A stretch of DNA of 64,000 nucleotides from Antedon mediterranea. Its lineage: Eukaryota > Animalia > Echinodermata. Below are positions 1 through 13,999 of the stretch, in pieces. The stretch spans positions 24,105,175 to 24,169,174 of the forward strand of contig NC_092677.1 in the NCBI RefSeq assembly GCF_964355755.1, given 5' to 3'. The first letter of the stretch is position 1. Every line of letters starts with the position of its first letter. Made by a program: the position numbers and the translations under genes. Under the pieces are notes generated by a model. It saw only the letters and a list, made by a program, of their open reading frames with translations, was not told where the DNA came from and did not search any database.

Positions 1-1112
1 AGTGTATTAGACACACACACCCATTCTAAATAAATAACAAATTCACTGGCTAAAGAGAAAGAAAGAAAAACCTACAGCAATGAGCCCTCTATTTTTACAT
101 TTATTAAAAGTACCATACAAGAAACTGCTTAAATAAAAAGCATGCCCTCTATTTATTTTAAATGAATGAATAAATAAATCAAAGCCTATTTATAGTATTA
201 AAACAAAAACAAACAAACAAAAATAGATCTTTTTAATGAACTGTAATTAAACCATCTTTATCTTTTTTTTGTTTAGTTTAATTTAAATTAATTAATTTAG
301 ATCTATTTTATTGATTACTGAATACAGTAAGCCTATGTTTGGTACACAACATTATTGTGATAAAGAATAAAATAAAAAATAAAATTTTACACAAAAAGAC
401 ATTGACATTAAAAAGGAAAGGTGATTATATTTCAAATGTCTACTAAAACATGACATAAAGAAGGTGTTACGGAAGGAAGTCAAGTGTAAAAGGTCAAATT
501 AAATTGACCTAAACATTTCCCCTAGAACCTGTTTGTCAAACATTATACTCAAAGGAACATAGATATGCTAACATTTATATTTCTTTATTAAGACAAAGAA
601 AGTTGATATTTTGTCAATTATAAAATGGGTTTATCAGTGTAAAGTGTTGTCTCAATGGTATACACTAGGTAACTTAGTCACTTTTGACTAGCCTACTTGG
701 CGACTATTTAGAAGAAATCATGGTTTTTTTTTGCCCATGACTCAGTCTACAAGATCTTTTATCGGAAGGAAAGTTCAGAAAATAAAATAACTAACAACAT
801 TTAAAATTGATTGTTTGAAATATTTGGAATACGGAGGTTACATACAACAAATATATACCACACATTTTTTCTATAAATCTTTCAGCTTCATCACCTGATA
901 CAGTACAGTATAGCGTTTAGGTGTAGGAGTTGTACACGGCCAAATCACAGATATTTAAACACATTTATTTTTGTTCTCATTGAATGCCATTTTCACCCAT
1001 TTTTATGAATAAATGTTATTGATTTGATGGCCAAACACGTCAAGATAAAAAAATTAACAAAAAAGATAGATTATTGTTAGTTCAGACATGGTAGATTAAG
1101 TACAGTACTGTA

Positions 1113-1425
1113 TAAAGCCTTGTCTACACTATCAAATTTTATGTGACAAAAAAAATGTTTCTAGATGTCATTTAACTACCATATTTGGGCATGTCACTAC
1201 CATAGTTGGTCATCACTACCATATTTGGGCATATCACTACCATATTTAGGCATATCACTACCATATTTAGGCATATCAATACCATATTTAGGCATATCAC
1301 TATCATATTTAGCCATATCACTACCATATTTGAGAATATCACTACCATATTTGGGCATATCACTACCATATTTGGGCATATTAATACCATATTTGGTTTG
1401 GGTTGATAGTATAGACAGAGCTTTA
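1113..1425. mobile_element. MITE family A (TIR ~AGCTCTGTCTACACTATCAAA) with an internal 21-bp tandem array
   Basis: Left end taaagccttgtctacactatcaaa is an inverted match to right end ttgatagtatagacagagcttta. About 10 internal units of CATATCACTACCATATTTGGG (~1165-1396). Related copies at 37694, 38944 and 52985. The overlapping ORFs are repeat artefacts. Confidence 0.85.
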
Positions 1426-2204
1426 TTATGCCTTGTCCATTTGGCACTCACCTAAAACATTGGATATCAATTGATGTAAAAAAAATTTTTTTTAAAGTTA
1501 AATGTGCAAAAGTGCAAAAGTGAAAGTCAATACATTTATTATGTTAAAAATTCATTAAAAGATTGACACATCATACTTACTGTATTTATTAATAAATTTG
1601 TGTGGGATTTGGAATTAAAATAAGATTACATTCAACTTTAACATTACTGTACTAATGATTTATATCAATTCAAATGAAGAGTTTAACCTAATAATATTAT
1701 GTAAACTGAATTTATCACAAATACAATAACATCATGTTTAAGTGTAAATTATTCCATTTTAAACATGTTTTCGTACCAATGAACTTTTGCCTACCCCAGC
1801 GTATTAGTAGGCATTAGTTATCTGTGAGTTGACGTCACATCTTTAATCTCATCTTATAGCTTGTTTTCTTTAAGCATTGACAAATGATATTTCGTATTGT
1901 TATAGATTACAAGGCTTCATCTTTACACTAGGACCCATTTCTATTGGCAATGGTTTTAGACCCGTTGCCAATATAAGTCAGTTTAATGTACTCACAAATT
2001 GAATAAATTTATTATATCGAAGTGTAGGGAAAATTTAGGAAAGCAACAAGAGAGAGGCACTATAAATAATGAAAAAATTAATCAAACTACAGTATTAGAG
2101 AGTACAATACACCTAAAAACAAAAGGAATAGAGATTATGTTGTTATTCTATTGAAGTAGCTATATTTTTTGACTGCATGCAAGCAATACTAATCAATAAA
2201 GTAA

Positions 2205-2497
2205 ATGTGGGGGAATAACCTGTGTCTTACAGTCTAACTGAGTTGAATTGTGCACATGTGTAAATGACACTTTTTGCTCCCAAAGAGTCCCTTTGTCTCG
2301 GGTGCTGCCACCAAACATCGCTTGTTCATCTGTCAACGACAGGGGCTGAATGGATCAGTACACTCCATTCTTCCAAAAGTGCACACAAGCCAGATATACA
2401 CTGGTCCGTTATTCAAGCGTAATCCAAAATGGTTAAAGAGTGACTTGAACCTGTGGTGATTGTAGTCACTGCCTTAATGGCTCAGCCACTTGACTCG
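2205..2497 (-). mobile_element. tRNA-derived SINE-like element
   Basis: Minus strand reads agTGGCTGAGCCAttaaggcagtgactacaatcaccacaGGTTCAAGTCAct, i.e. Pol III A-box and B-box-like motifs at tRNA spacing, followed by a GC-richer body. Confidence 0.55.
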
Positions 2498-4247
2498 ACA
2501 ATGAACAAATAGATATAACAAAAAAAGTCTAGTTGCTTGAAGATGGGCTTATTAATTATAATGATGAATTCAAAAGGTAATTTTCATTGAAACAATTGTA
2601 TATTTATAGAGTATGGTTTTTATATTAAATACTTTTTATCTGTTTTTTTTTACAATTTGATGGTTGTCTGGTTTCTTCTTGATATTTTAGTTTTTTTTTC
2701 TCTTTGTCGTGCGTATGTTTTTTTTAATATTGTAAATTGTTTTATTTTATTTTATTTTTTATTTTATTTTATGTCTTTAGGCAATGTGGCCAAGGATTAC
2801 CAATAGTGAATTAATCACTGTCCTGTCAGATAGGTGGTAATCCCCCTGGCTATTGTGTGAACCAGTTCACCGGGGTAACCCCTTACTCTTTTTCCATTAA
2901 TTAACAGCTTTTCATATGTTTGTAATTGGTATCCGTTTCTCTGTCTCATAACCTGCAACCAAATTTGCTGTTATACCAGTTGTTGAAAACATAATAGAAA
3001 TTAGTTGAACTTGAACTTTTAAAATAATTTACTGAATATTATATCATATTTTTTAAATACTAAATTATTTAAAAATCAAGATAGTGTATTGATTTTGTGT
3101 AAAAGTGTTTGAGAGTATTATTTGATTTGATTGAACCCATAACTACTGGTAAGATTATTTTGCAGCCTTGTGAAATAAAGGTTTATCATTTTATAGCCTG
3201 CCAGCAGTATATTATTCTGTAGATCATAAAGATTATATATTTGATATTTTGTGACTTTTATTTATTGCCTGAACTCCATTACATCATGTAGACGTTGATG
3301 AGGTCAGAGATTCAAATAATATTGTTGAATGAACCTGTTTGGGATATACCATTTTATTGTGGGTGCTTTTCTTCTAGTTTATTAAATATAACTATAGTAC
3401 AGTGTAAAACCAGGGAATATACCATTGTTTTTATTCCTGGAATAATAATAATCTCCTAAGAGATTAATTGTCTGAATCAGGAGAAAAGAAGTGATATATA
3501 CATTATGAGTTATAGATATTTTGTGTAGTTCTTGGAACTAGCACAATGATGTTAGTATACATGACATGTACCTATAACCAGGGAATATTCCATTATGACA
3601 TGGGTATTTCTTCATTTTTAATTCTTGTTCTGTAAGATGAGGCACTCTTGAGAAACAAATATTTTATAATTAGTTGGATAAATAGGTACTGTACACAGTG
3701 TAAGTATACTTGTAATAATAAAAATCCTAAATATCACATTGTGCTTGCTTTCCCCCGATAATGATATGGAATGCTCCCTGAAAAATAAAACTATTGGCCA
3801 ATCACAATACAGTGTCACTATCAGGTGTACAGTAGCCAGACAGAATTCTATGCCAAAACTACTGTATCTTTGTCACTTCTTTTGTCAACCATAAACATTT
3901 TTAAAATAATTTTTTTTTTATAAATGATTGTTTTTTCCTTTGAGGCATTGATTTTCGTAGTTTTAATTTTAATGAATGTTACAAACATTTTGGAATAATT
4001 GTATTAAAGAACATGCTAAAACTTCAGTATAATCCATTACAACATGGGGATGTAATTTACGTTTTCTCTGACAGTCAATTTTAGTTGATTCCTAATACCA
4101 GATGGTTAGTTGATTGTTTGAACTGGTTAACTTTTTGTCACTAACATTGCTGACCCCTGTAACTCCCATGAGACTATGTTTGCTCCTGGTTCTTAACGCA
4201 ATAATGTAGTTTCCTGGAATAAATGTTTTAAAAGTAAATGGATTATT

Positions 4248-4715
4248 CTATTTTCTGAGAGGGGAGAAAATTCCTGAATAGTTTGTCTTCAACAATAATT
4301 CTTTTAAAACACTCTAATACATTTTTTTGTTTTTATTGTAGAAAAAACTTTTAAAAACTTTAAATGTATTAATCTATTTTCTGAGAGGGGAGACAATTCC
4401 TGAATAGTATTGTCTTCAACAATAATTCTTTTAAAACAGTCCAATACATTTTTTTGTTTTTATTGTAGAAAAAAATTTTAAAAACTTTAAATCGATTAAT
4501 CTATTTTCTTAGAGGGAAGACAATTCTTGATTGGTATAGTTGATCTTCAACATTAATTTATTTAAAACAGTCCAATACATTTTTTTGTTTTTATTGTAGG
4601 AAAAACTTTTAAAAACTGTAAATCGATTAATCTATTTTCTTAGAGGGAAGACAATTCTTGATTGGTATAGTTGATCTTCAACATTAATTTATTTAAAACA
4701 GTCCAATACATGTTT
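4248..4715. repeat. Tandem repeat, ~125-131-bp unit, ~3.7 copies
   Basis: A unit starting ctattttct(g/t)agaggg recurs at ~4248, 4373, 4501 and 4632. Confidence 0.9.
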
Positions 4716-6604
4716 TGTTTGTGTGTAATATTTTCTCGTTTTCTGAAATTGAATAATTGAAGTGACAATACTGTTACTCTCAACGACACCTGCCTTCCTC
4801 TCTCTCCCCAAGAAACAAACTTTTTTTGAAATACTACAATACAATACCCAGGCTGATTTCTCATGAGTCTAATTAGAATGTATTTACAGTAGCTGTAATG
4901 AAGGATTAATAATGTTTACAAAAGCTTGGTTCTGGCCCTTTTAGTTCAGCTCTATTCTTACAGATTCCATCGAGATCTTATAGCTTCTATTATCATTTTT
5001 TTCAGTAGTATTCCTTTGATTCTGAATATATTTCACAAGCATAAACAGTTGCCCAGAACAGGTACGGCCACCAACTACTGGAACATTTTTTATACGTTAT
5101 TTGAAATCTTTCCACTAGGATTCTGATCATGTTGATACCTTATTAACCTTATTATTCCATTTGCCTAGAAAGAGGGAATGGCTAGAATATTAAATTTTAC
5201 TAACATTCAGTTTTGTAATTTTTGTTATACATTTTTATTAAATTTTTCTTATTAAAGTTACATTTTTATAGGTCAATATAGTTTAGATAAAAGCAAGTCA
5301 AGGTTGTGTGGCAGCTGCACGGATGCTGTGTGACATCAATTTAATGACATAATTTGTAAGATTTTAATTATTTATACAGTATTTCACATAATTTTTTAGG
5401 ATGAAAATGTCAAACATGTTTAAAAAAAAAATTGTGCAACAGACTACTCTTATCATCATTCGATGATGTAACAAACAAGATTGTTTTTCGCAACTTAGCA
5501 TCATAAATTTGATGGAGTGGGTTTCTATGCATAGCAAGCCTGTAACCAGTAATGGTTCTATGGTTTGAAGGAATGCCACCTTTCTTGAACCTTTTCAAAA
5601 TAAACACCTTCTCCTCCTTAACGTTTTCCATCTTCCGACATTGCGCTTTCCACAATTTGTTTCCATTTTTGTCTGTTTATGGCAGGATGGTTTATGACTA
5701 GACGGGATATACTAATACTGTAGGCCAAACAAGCCTTTTCATTTTGTTTCTTTTTGTTGAAAAGTAAATCACCTTGTAACAATCTTTAAAGATTTGGATC
5801 TACTGTATATGGACAGAAGATGCATTATGGACTTCCACACAATGTCAATAAAAAGATTCTACCTTTGATTTTTACTTCGGTTTAGTTGATTCTGGCGCTA
5901 TACAAATACCTAAATTATTATTATTATTATTATTAATTTTTTTCTATTGTATACATTTTGGTAGGCGCTTTTGCCTAAATGATAATATGCTTTACCGTTG
6001 CTATATTATTTAAATTGCCGATTATCAACTTGGAAAAAATACTTCTAGTATTTTATTTCCACTAAATTTATTTTCATATTATTCTGTATAGTATAGCAGT
6101 AATTGTTTTTCAAAATGGTCCAGTTTAAAAGATAAAAACATAACAAAATAGGAAAATGAATAATTATTTAAATAATTTGCTTTCTAAAATAAAAAATGTT
6201 CAATCATTCCATTGTAGGGCCCACAGTACAGTAGCTCTCAGTATAAGCTGAATTGGTTTTACTATTTTCATATTTAATTTCTTGCCAATTTCATCAGCCT
6301 TTTCCAAAAAGTAAAAAATCATTACAATCTTCAATCTCTTTAAAATGAGATTCATAATTTGAAAAGTAAATGAATTATTATTCATGTTTTTGACTTTTAT
6401 ATTCAAATCAAGGTAATTATTATCGCATGTAAACTTTGTAAACATGATGTTAGCATAAAGTCAAGGTTATCAGTGTCCTACAGTCAATTACATACTTTTT
6501 TTAACAAGCTTCTCACAAAGCAGATGTTCAGAAAGGAGATACTCTATACAAAATCATAATTTCACTGAGATCTATAGTAGTTAGGAGTAATAAATATTTG
6601 TAAT

Positions 6605-6950
6605 GGAGCTGTAGCTTGGTGGTAAACAAGCTTGCCTGCTAATCCCAAAGTCCAATCCTGACCTGGGTATTGAAGTTATAATGAAATGAAATACTTTATC
6701 CATCCTGTAATAGATCGATGTTGGAATGCATATGAAATAAAAAAACAAACAAAAATAACTTTAGAGGGACAGGGAGGGCCTAGTGAATGGTCGATTAAAA
6801 TATGCGGGTTGGTGGGAGTATGACGGCTCATAAAATTATAACATAACATGCTCACAGGAGTGGAAAGTTAGTGCCTTGTAAAAAGTTAAATGCTTTTTGT
6901 GCAGTAGTCACAATTGTTTATTTTGCACTTTTTAACCTGTTGAAAATTAA
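6605..6950 (+). mobile_element. tRNA(Gly-like)-headed SINE, degenerate
   Basis: ggagctgTAGCTTGGTGGtaaacaagcttgcctgctaatccc resembles the head of the 32828-32899 element. The B-box is degenerate and the 3' boundary is approximate. Confidence 0.45.
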
Positions 6951-7369
6951 ACAGCTTTCACTAATTTGTATATATTTAGTATTGTACTTAACCTAATTAC
7001 TAGTTTACCTGTTGTAGATTTATGCAGACTTTCACTAAAATAGCATCGTAAGTGTGCAAAAGCTAGTTTAATGTATTCGGAGGTGTTTTTTTTCTTCATC
7101 AATTGAACTTTTCATCTGCTTTGACCTATGTTTTTGCACTTTGTGTCAATTGATTAAAGTAACGTAAGTAGTTGAAAGCACAACTCATTAACCTGATTCT
7201 GCCTCGATCAGAAATTTAGTAGTGATTATATCAAATGGATAGGCAATGTAAAATGTGCAATTTATAATTTCAGTTAAAACAGCCTAATGTTGTAATATTG
7301 TGTAACACACTGTAGTGAATATGTTCACATTTACAGTACCAAATTGTTGTTGTTTTTATTGATTCCACA

Positions 7370-7404
7370 CAAAATAAATATAATAATTAAGTAACAATAA
7401 ACAT

Positions 7405-7445
<41 letters not shown>

Positions 7446-7658
7446 CATATACATATATATACATATACATATATATATATATATACATATATACATATAT
7501 ATATACATATATACATATATACACATATATACATATATACATATATATACATAAATACATAAATAAATAAATATAATAATTAAGTAACAATAAACATATA
7601 TAAATATATATATATATATATATATGTTTATTGTTACTTAATTATTATATTTATTTTG
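7370..7658. repeat. (TA)n/(TACA)n microsatellite bracketed by a perfect 34-bp inverted repeat
   Basis: caaaataaatataataattaagtaacaataaaca (7370-7403) is the exact reverse complement of 7625-7658. A second direct copy of the left arm lies at ~7565-7596. Confidence 0.9.
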
Positions 7659-7779
7659 AAGAAAGATGTGTGGCTGGTGGAAAGATACATAAACATAATC
7701 AAATATGACGAGTAAGATATACATAGTAAGAATATAAAATAAGAAGAAAAAAGACATAAATAAATAAAACAATAGTATA

Positions 7780-8940
7780 AACTAGAATTTAATTTGTCAC
7801 TTTGACGAATTATAGGTGATCATTTTTATCATTTTACTGAAATTAATTTTTTTTTACATGCACGTTCATTAACATACGATCTGAAAATGTATGCCATCCT
7901 ATTATACGCTTATAGTGCTGAGTTGTTCATATTACATGCCATATACAATATGTACAGTATATAATGTATATCTATATACAGTGTAGCATAGGTGAAATTA
8001 CGGGACACACATCATGTTCTAATTTTTTGGTATGATGGAATTATCAAAATAAACTCAAAGATGACAATTTCGAAAGGTAATGAAATGAGCAAATAAATAT
8101 AAGAATTGGAAGAGAATTTAGCACGTAGAAGCGCTGTGCGCGCTCTTTGAAATTTGTATAACTGTGACGAAAAAGATGAAAAAACTACTTTTTAACTTCA
8201 ACTGGCCATATGTTAACTTCACAACATCCGATAGGCTTGATTTTTATATGAATTCATATCTACATTTCATCAGCTTTCATAATAAATTACAATAATCAAG
8301 GTAACCTTCAATTCTGAATAGCTGTAAGATATTAAAATTTACGGCGAAGGTCAAATTACACGACCTACGTTATTCCTAAGTTTTTACGAGTAGTGACGTC
8401 ATCAAAATAAAATAGTGGCAAGTCATGAGAAAGTCAATTAATTGAGCAATCACATACTAAAATTTGAGCAAAAATCGGGTACAAAATAACAGAGATGCGT
8501 TCTATTGAATGTGATAAAATATGACGAAAGAGAAAAAAAACTTAATTTTAAATTCAAGTGGCCATTTGATGACGTCACAACGTAAAATGTGTACATGAAT
8601 TCATATCTACAACTCAATGGCTTCTAGAATAAGTTAAAAAAATTGGGGGTCATCGTGCATTCTGAAGAATTATTTTCATTTTAAAAATGCCTTATTTTTT
8701 ACCATTTTCAGCACTTTGATGCAATTAATTTGCGCATTTTGTCATTTTGAACCTTCTCATATAGCGCTATTTTAAGTCGGAACTGACTCAAATTTGGTAA
8801 ATGTACTAAGGATGGTGAGCAAAATGCGATTTCTAAAAAAAAAAAATTTTTGCGCACACACAATCTGTACAAAAAGAAATAAATAATAAAGATTTTATAC
8901 AAACAATAGGTGATCATTTTATTTTAAATGATCACCTAAT
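7780..8940 (-). mobile_element. Non-autonomous Helentron (HINE/DINE-1-like), apparently full length
   Basis: On the minus strand: 5' subTIR with an adjacent inverted copy (13-bp stem, 8907-8919/8926-8938); 3' subTIR at 7812-7825; then a short hairpin (aatttgtca-ctt-tgacgaatt) and a CTAG-TT end. A partial second copy is at 52741. Confidence 0.75.
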
Positions 8941-9195
8941 TATTAAATAAATGAATCATAAGCGTATAAACTTTAGCATTTGCTAAACCAATAATCCATT
9001 TCAATTCACTAATAATTTCAAATACTTTTCTGTTTGTTTGGACATTGGTATCTAGAATAATATGAATGAAACACCTAAAAAAGAATTATAAAAAAGCCCG
9101 ACCGACCCAAAAATTTTTTTAAATATGGTGGGTTAAAAAAAAAATTGAATTGCATCCTCTATTGTTTTATTTTAGACCTTTGACCAGTAGTATCT

Positions 9196-9587
9196 TAAGC
9201 CGGCGCATACTTTCTATTGGCTGAGCCAACTGGCACGAAAAGTACTTTGTTCACAGTGTGCACCGGACAATTTGTGAGGAATCAGCCACACGTGCCGCTG
9301 AGGAAAATATATATCGTGTTTAATATTTTTTGTCACGCATGTCATTTTCCTCAAGTGTATGCCAAACGTGAGCTAACAGCTCACTGCGCATGAAATGTAT
9401 TATATTTGTTATAGTATGTCCGCGTGCGCTGTATAGCGTAGTGAGTAATATCCAAACAAAGAAAATATTTAGTTTAGTATACGTCCGATAGAAACGGGAT
9501 CACAGTTTGCGACAATTTCTTGCGAAAAGTGTTATTCATGCCATTTGGCTCAGCCGATAGCTACAGTACAGTGTGCGCCGGGCTTTA
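9196..9587. mobile_element. PIF/Harbinger-like MITE
   Basis: About 50-bp imperfect TIRs (taagccggcgcatact..ctattggctgagccaactggcacgaa versus ttcatgccatttggctcagccgatag..agtgtgcgccgggcttta), with TWA-type flanks. Confidence 0.75.
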
Positions 9588-11914
9588 GTAGACCAAACAA
9601 ATTGTATAATGTTTTATTCCAAATTTATTTAATTAATTTATGCTGTGCTTGTGCAACAATTTTGTTAGAACTATAGTATTAATTTTTTTTTGCGAAATTT
9701 GTAATATTAATTTTATAATATTGCATTTAAAGTGTTACAAAATATAAACTAAAAACTTTTTCTATGTTAAATATTAATATCATATCAAAAATAAATATTA
9801 AAATAATGCAATTTTTATTTTTCCAGTCATTTCCTGGATCAGAAAAGTAATTCACAATGCTAGGTGTACATATTCCAGTTTTTTTGGAACATTATTAATT
9901 TAATGGAAATTTATTGTATGCCTTCATGACTAAATATAGTACGCCATTCGTTTTCAGTTGATCACTTCATCCAATGATCCCAGAGATTGTTGCAGCACGG
10001 CTAATTACAAATTCATGACTGTATCCAACTATATATGATTGTTGTGATAAAGATGCAAAGTGATTATTTTGTACTAAAATTAGATAGCGTTATTTGTATA
10101 GACCCAACCAACTTTGATAGGAATCCAATTGAATTCTGTTTAAATGTAGGATTATGTCGACATGGAACTTGACACAACTCAACTCTGCTTCGACAACTGA
10201 CCTCAACTGAATATGATATAAACGCAGTTGTGTTGTGTTGAGTTGAACGTGTTCTAGTTTTCCTTAACTGAAATGAAAGGAGCCAAACGCAAAAATAATT
10301 AAATCGCGTCATGATGCGGTAGGTGACCATGACTATACTGATCAGTTAGATTACTGTAAACATAGTACTCGCATACTTGTTCCTTTTTATTTATTTTTTC
10401 ATTTATTTTTTTTATTTACCGTTCTGTTGCTTGGAAGTTGACAAAGGCGATTTTGCCGAAGTACTGTAGTTCGTTGAATTTACAGCAACATAGATTAGCT
10501 TCATTCTGGTGACCCTGCCGCCTTTGTAATCAATAATGTTTCTTTTGTCAGTGCATGTGGTATTGTTTATTTATAGCTATTTATATTTCATAACTAGCAA
10601 ATTATACATTTTGTAAAAGTACAATTGGTTTAATGCGAAATGTACAAAATGCAATAATGCAAATTTACATAAGAATAATAATATTTTCACATCATAAGAT
10701 GAAAAATGAAAATGTTATTTTTGCAATATTTGGATCAAGAGTAAGGTTAATTTCGTAAATGGTGACCTATATATTTATTATAGTTAAGAACCTAATGTTC
10801 CAAATATTAAGTATTTGAAACTGTTTTTGTTATCCCAATATTAATTAGATCTTGATTTCTTTTGATATATAAAATACTGGAAGTACACCTTTTTTTTGCC
10901 ATTTCAAATTTGTAATATTTCGGCATATTGTTTTGCAGCGCGCTAGGCCTAAATGTTAGATAACTATACTGAATAAAACTTTAATTCTTATACTTTCAGT
11001 TAAGATTTATTTGTGTACTTTAGATAAAAAAAGTATCTATCGTATATCCACAAACTTCTACAAAACATTTTTCCTCACAGAAATTTTATAAACTTTTGAC
11101 AGACACACCACAATTAGAACTATTTTAATATCATACGTCTTAAATTTGCTGTTCGCCAGTATTTATATACTTAATTTTTTTAAATAATAAATAACACTTT
11201 AATTTGAAAATGTTAAAGCAATATAAAGATGCTGTACAGTACATGATACAGTAGGTCATCCTAGAATCAGAATAGCGCCACCATAGTTGAATTTTTTTGG
11301 TCAATATTTAACTTGTGTAAAGAAAGCATATAAGATATTATCACACAACTCAGTGTGTATTTTATGAGGTGTTGTTTAAAAAATGTTCAATACATGACTC
11401 CCTATTCCACATTATTATCAAGGACAGAAATATATTGATGAACCATCAACAATGCTTTTTGTATCTTAGTTACAGTATTTTGTCACGTTTAAACACATTC
11501 TGTGCTCCCTAATGTCATAATCATTTTTCTAAATGTTGTTGTCTAAACAAATTATGTACAGAACCAATATTTTCTAATTGAAATTTTGTTTTAATATGCT
11601 ATATAACTGGGAGGATATGATGTTTTTTATCTTTTTTTAGTATTTTGTATTTTGATAACCTGCCTTATTTTGTTGGAACACTCATTTTTTAATAGGAACA
11701 ATTAAGCACATTAATATCCACAGACTCAGACAATTTCAGTTTTTTAAGTTTTTAGTTTGGTGAATGATTTTATCCATCCAACGAACAGTCAAGTTTTGGC
11801 TGTTTTCATTTTATAAAAACTTCACTGTGCTTTGACAAGAATATGTGTTGTAATGTATGGGTCTTAATGTATTATATTAGATTATTATTTTTTATATTAA
11901 ATAATGTTTTTGGA

Positions 11915-12021
11915 CACATTTACGGCCGCCATCTTGTTGGTTCCCCCTCCTGTTGGAATCACTTTTCAGTCTGGAGTACGCCCTCTAGTGTTCTTATTAC
12001 ATCTCTCTATATATGGCTCTG
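11915..12021. mobile_element. Probable terminal fragment of a DNA transposon carrying YY1-like and CTCF-like motifs
   Basis: GC-rich island with CGGCCGCCATCTTG and CGCCCTCTAGTG, ending ctctctatatatggctctg. No matching left end was found. Confidence 0.3.
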
Positions 12022-12029
12022 GCTTACCG

Positions 12030-12117
12030 AAATGTCTAGCGCCCTCGGGACCACAGGCTGGCCAAATGTCTAGCGCCCTCGGACCACAGGCTGGCCATAA
12101 AAGAACCACAGGCTGGC
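12030..12117 (+). repeat. ~33-bp tandem duplication (aaatgtctagcgccctcggaccacaggctggcc), resembling an L2-type SINE tail
   Basis: Two full units plus a partial accacaggctggc. Confidence 0.75.
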
Positions 12118-12124
12118 TGTGTGT

Positions 12125-12382
12125 TTGACGACCCCTGCTCTTCCTGCTTGGATGCAACGCATCTTCGATAATCGTCCATACATCGCTCGTCTCACCTGTA
12201 TGTATGTGTACAGTACACTGTAGGTCCGCGTGTGAAAAGTTTGATCGAATTCTCTCTGAATGTTTTATCATCCATGTTGTAATCGGTCTTCCTTTAGATA
12301 TTTCACTGAACTTCTTCAATTTTTGACACAGATCATATAACCATACCATGTCATCAGCCTTTTCTTTATTTCCTTGCTCCAC
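12125..12382 (-). pseudogene. Possible degenerate C-terminus of an RTE-type LINE ORF
   Basis: The translation KGRPITTW...VWTIIEDALHP resembles the RTE C-terminal pattern GRPxxTW...WxxxVxAL. Similarity is weak and judged by eye. Confidence 0.3.
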
Positions 12383-13999
12383 TCATTCTCACTTTCCCCT
12401 CCCCTCCACCCCACCTGTTTTTGTTGTACATTTGTTTATTTTCTCGGGCAACCAGAAACCTGTAGCTAACCTACTATAGTATCTCATTAAACAGTAAAGC
12501 CAAATAAATGGTGCACTAGATTTCAGTCAAGTTCTTATAACAATGTCACTCTGACTTTGTTTCCTAGTTCATAAATAAAAAGTAGGTTATTACAGTGTAA
12601 CTCATCTTCTAGCCACCCCTCGTTTGTTATATTGTCATGCATTCCTTCATATTGAAAAATTACTCTGTATAGCAGGTGATAATTTGCTCGCCTCTGTCTT
12701 TGTGAGCTTCGATCAGTAAAACATGATATGTGACATGTATGATTGATTTGGTTAGTAGATGCCGTATTTTACCCTATATTATCGCAATCATAAAGATGTT
12801 CCTGTATAGGTGTTGTACATCTTGTCTTGATCTTATCGATCAATCATTTAGTCAACAATACTGCAGTTTTGTATCACCTTCTAACCTTACTCCATTAAAA
12901 AAAGTCATGACATAGTTATGAATACATTGTATTTAAAAATAAGTAACAATATATTTTGCTTTATTTTAAAATACAATAATGAGTATATATTAGATATAAG
13001 AATAAAATAATAGAAAGATTGTATATACTTCATAACCTTTTACCAAATAAATATACACTCACAAGTATAAAGAATTAATATCGAAAGTTAAATAAGGAAA
13101 AAAGGTCATTGACCGAAACGAACATTAAATAGTTCATCAGATTAAAGTTGAAACCATTTTAGTAATAATTGCAGGTTTCTTAATTGAAATTAATAATTTA
13201 ATGAAGTTATATTAATTTATTCTTATTATTAAATGTAAAATTATGTGTGGGGTTTAAATTAAGAACATAATGTAAACTTAAAAAGAAATTAATTAAGATA
13301 TTTATTAATTATATGTATTAAATAACTTTTGACCAAAGAAAATTAATGAGAAACCAAACCAAAATGCAATTGATAAAAATGCAGCAAGATAAAAAATGAC
13401 AGTTGTAAATAAACATGGAATTTATTTAACATTTGTATTTATTTATTTAAAAATCTTACATTTATCTTGTTCAATTTATTTGAAGTGTTTCATGTGTTAA
13501 TTATTAACTGATGTTTCAATGCTATAGTTGTTTAATCATCGAGAACAGTCATTGTTCTCTCAACGACTTCCTTCCCTTTTTAAATAATTGATCGGTCCAA
13601 CATTGACCTCTTGAAATCTGTAGTAGAATCTGGCCTGTGGCATGACCTGCCCACTTATTTACAGTCCCAGCATGTATGAAACAGGTAGTGAAGCTGCTCA
13701 TAAGCAATATACCTTAGCAGTGGCTGTTGACTTGCGTCAGGTCTGCACAGGTCAGGCTCATTTACATGCTTACTTGTAATATTGTCGTGGAGTTTCAGCT
13801 GATAAAAGCTACTAGGCTGTTGACATTGGCTGTACAACTGCATGCCAACGAACAGCTAATACTTGGAGAACATACCATACTTTGGGACTTTACCATCTAC
13901 AAAATATTACCGAGATATACGAGTTTAGCGGTAAATAACAGGACTATATGGCTTTTGCCTTTTTAAACCTTGATTTGTTGTATGTCACTGTAGTAAACA

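Noticed and set aside
1165-1455. Four overlapping ORFs with repeated peptides (ISLPYLG, MPKYGSD)
   Set aside because: Translations of a 21-bp tandem array inside a MITE; open on both strands only because the unit is a multiple of 3.
2780-3020. Exon after a T-rich tract ending tctttag
   Set aside because: Short frames and a weak donor; ends in (ttgaac)n, more like a LINE 3' UTR remnant.
5364-5655. Minus-strand ORFs (KMENVKEEKVFILKRFKK)
   Set aside because: No recognisable domain and no convincing splice sites.
7331-7590. Tyr/Ile-rich ORFs
   Set aside because: Translation of a (TA)n microsatellite.
9935-10340. MITE with CAACTG-rich internal inverted motifs
   Set aside because: Probably a transposon remnant, but the termini match only partially and no TSD could be defined.
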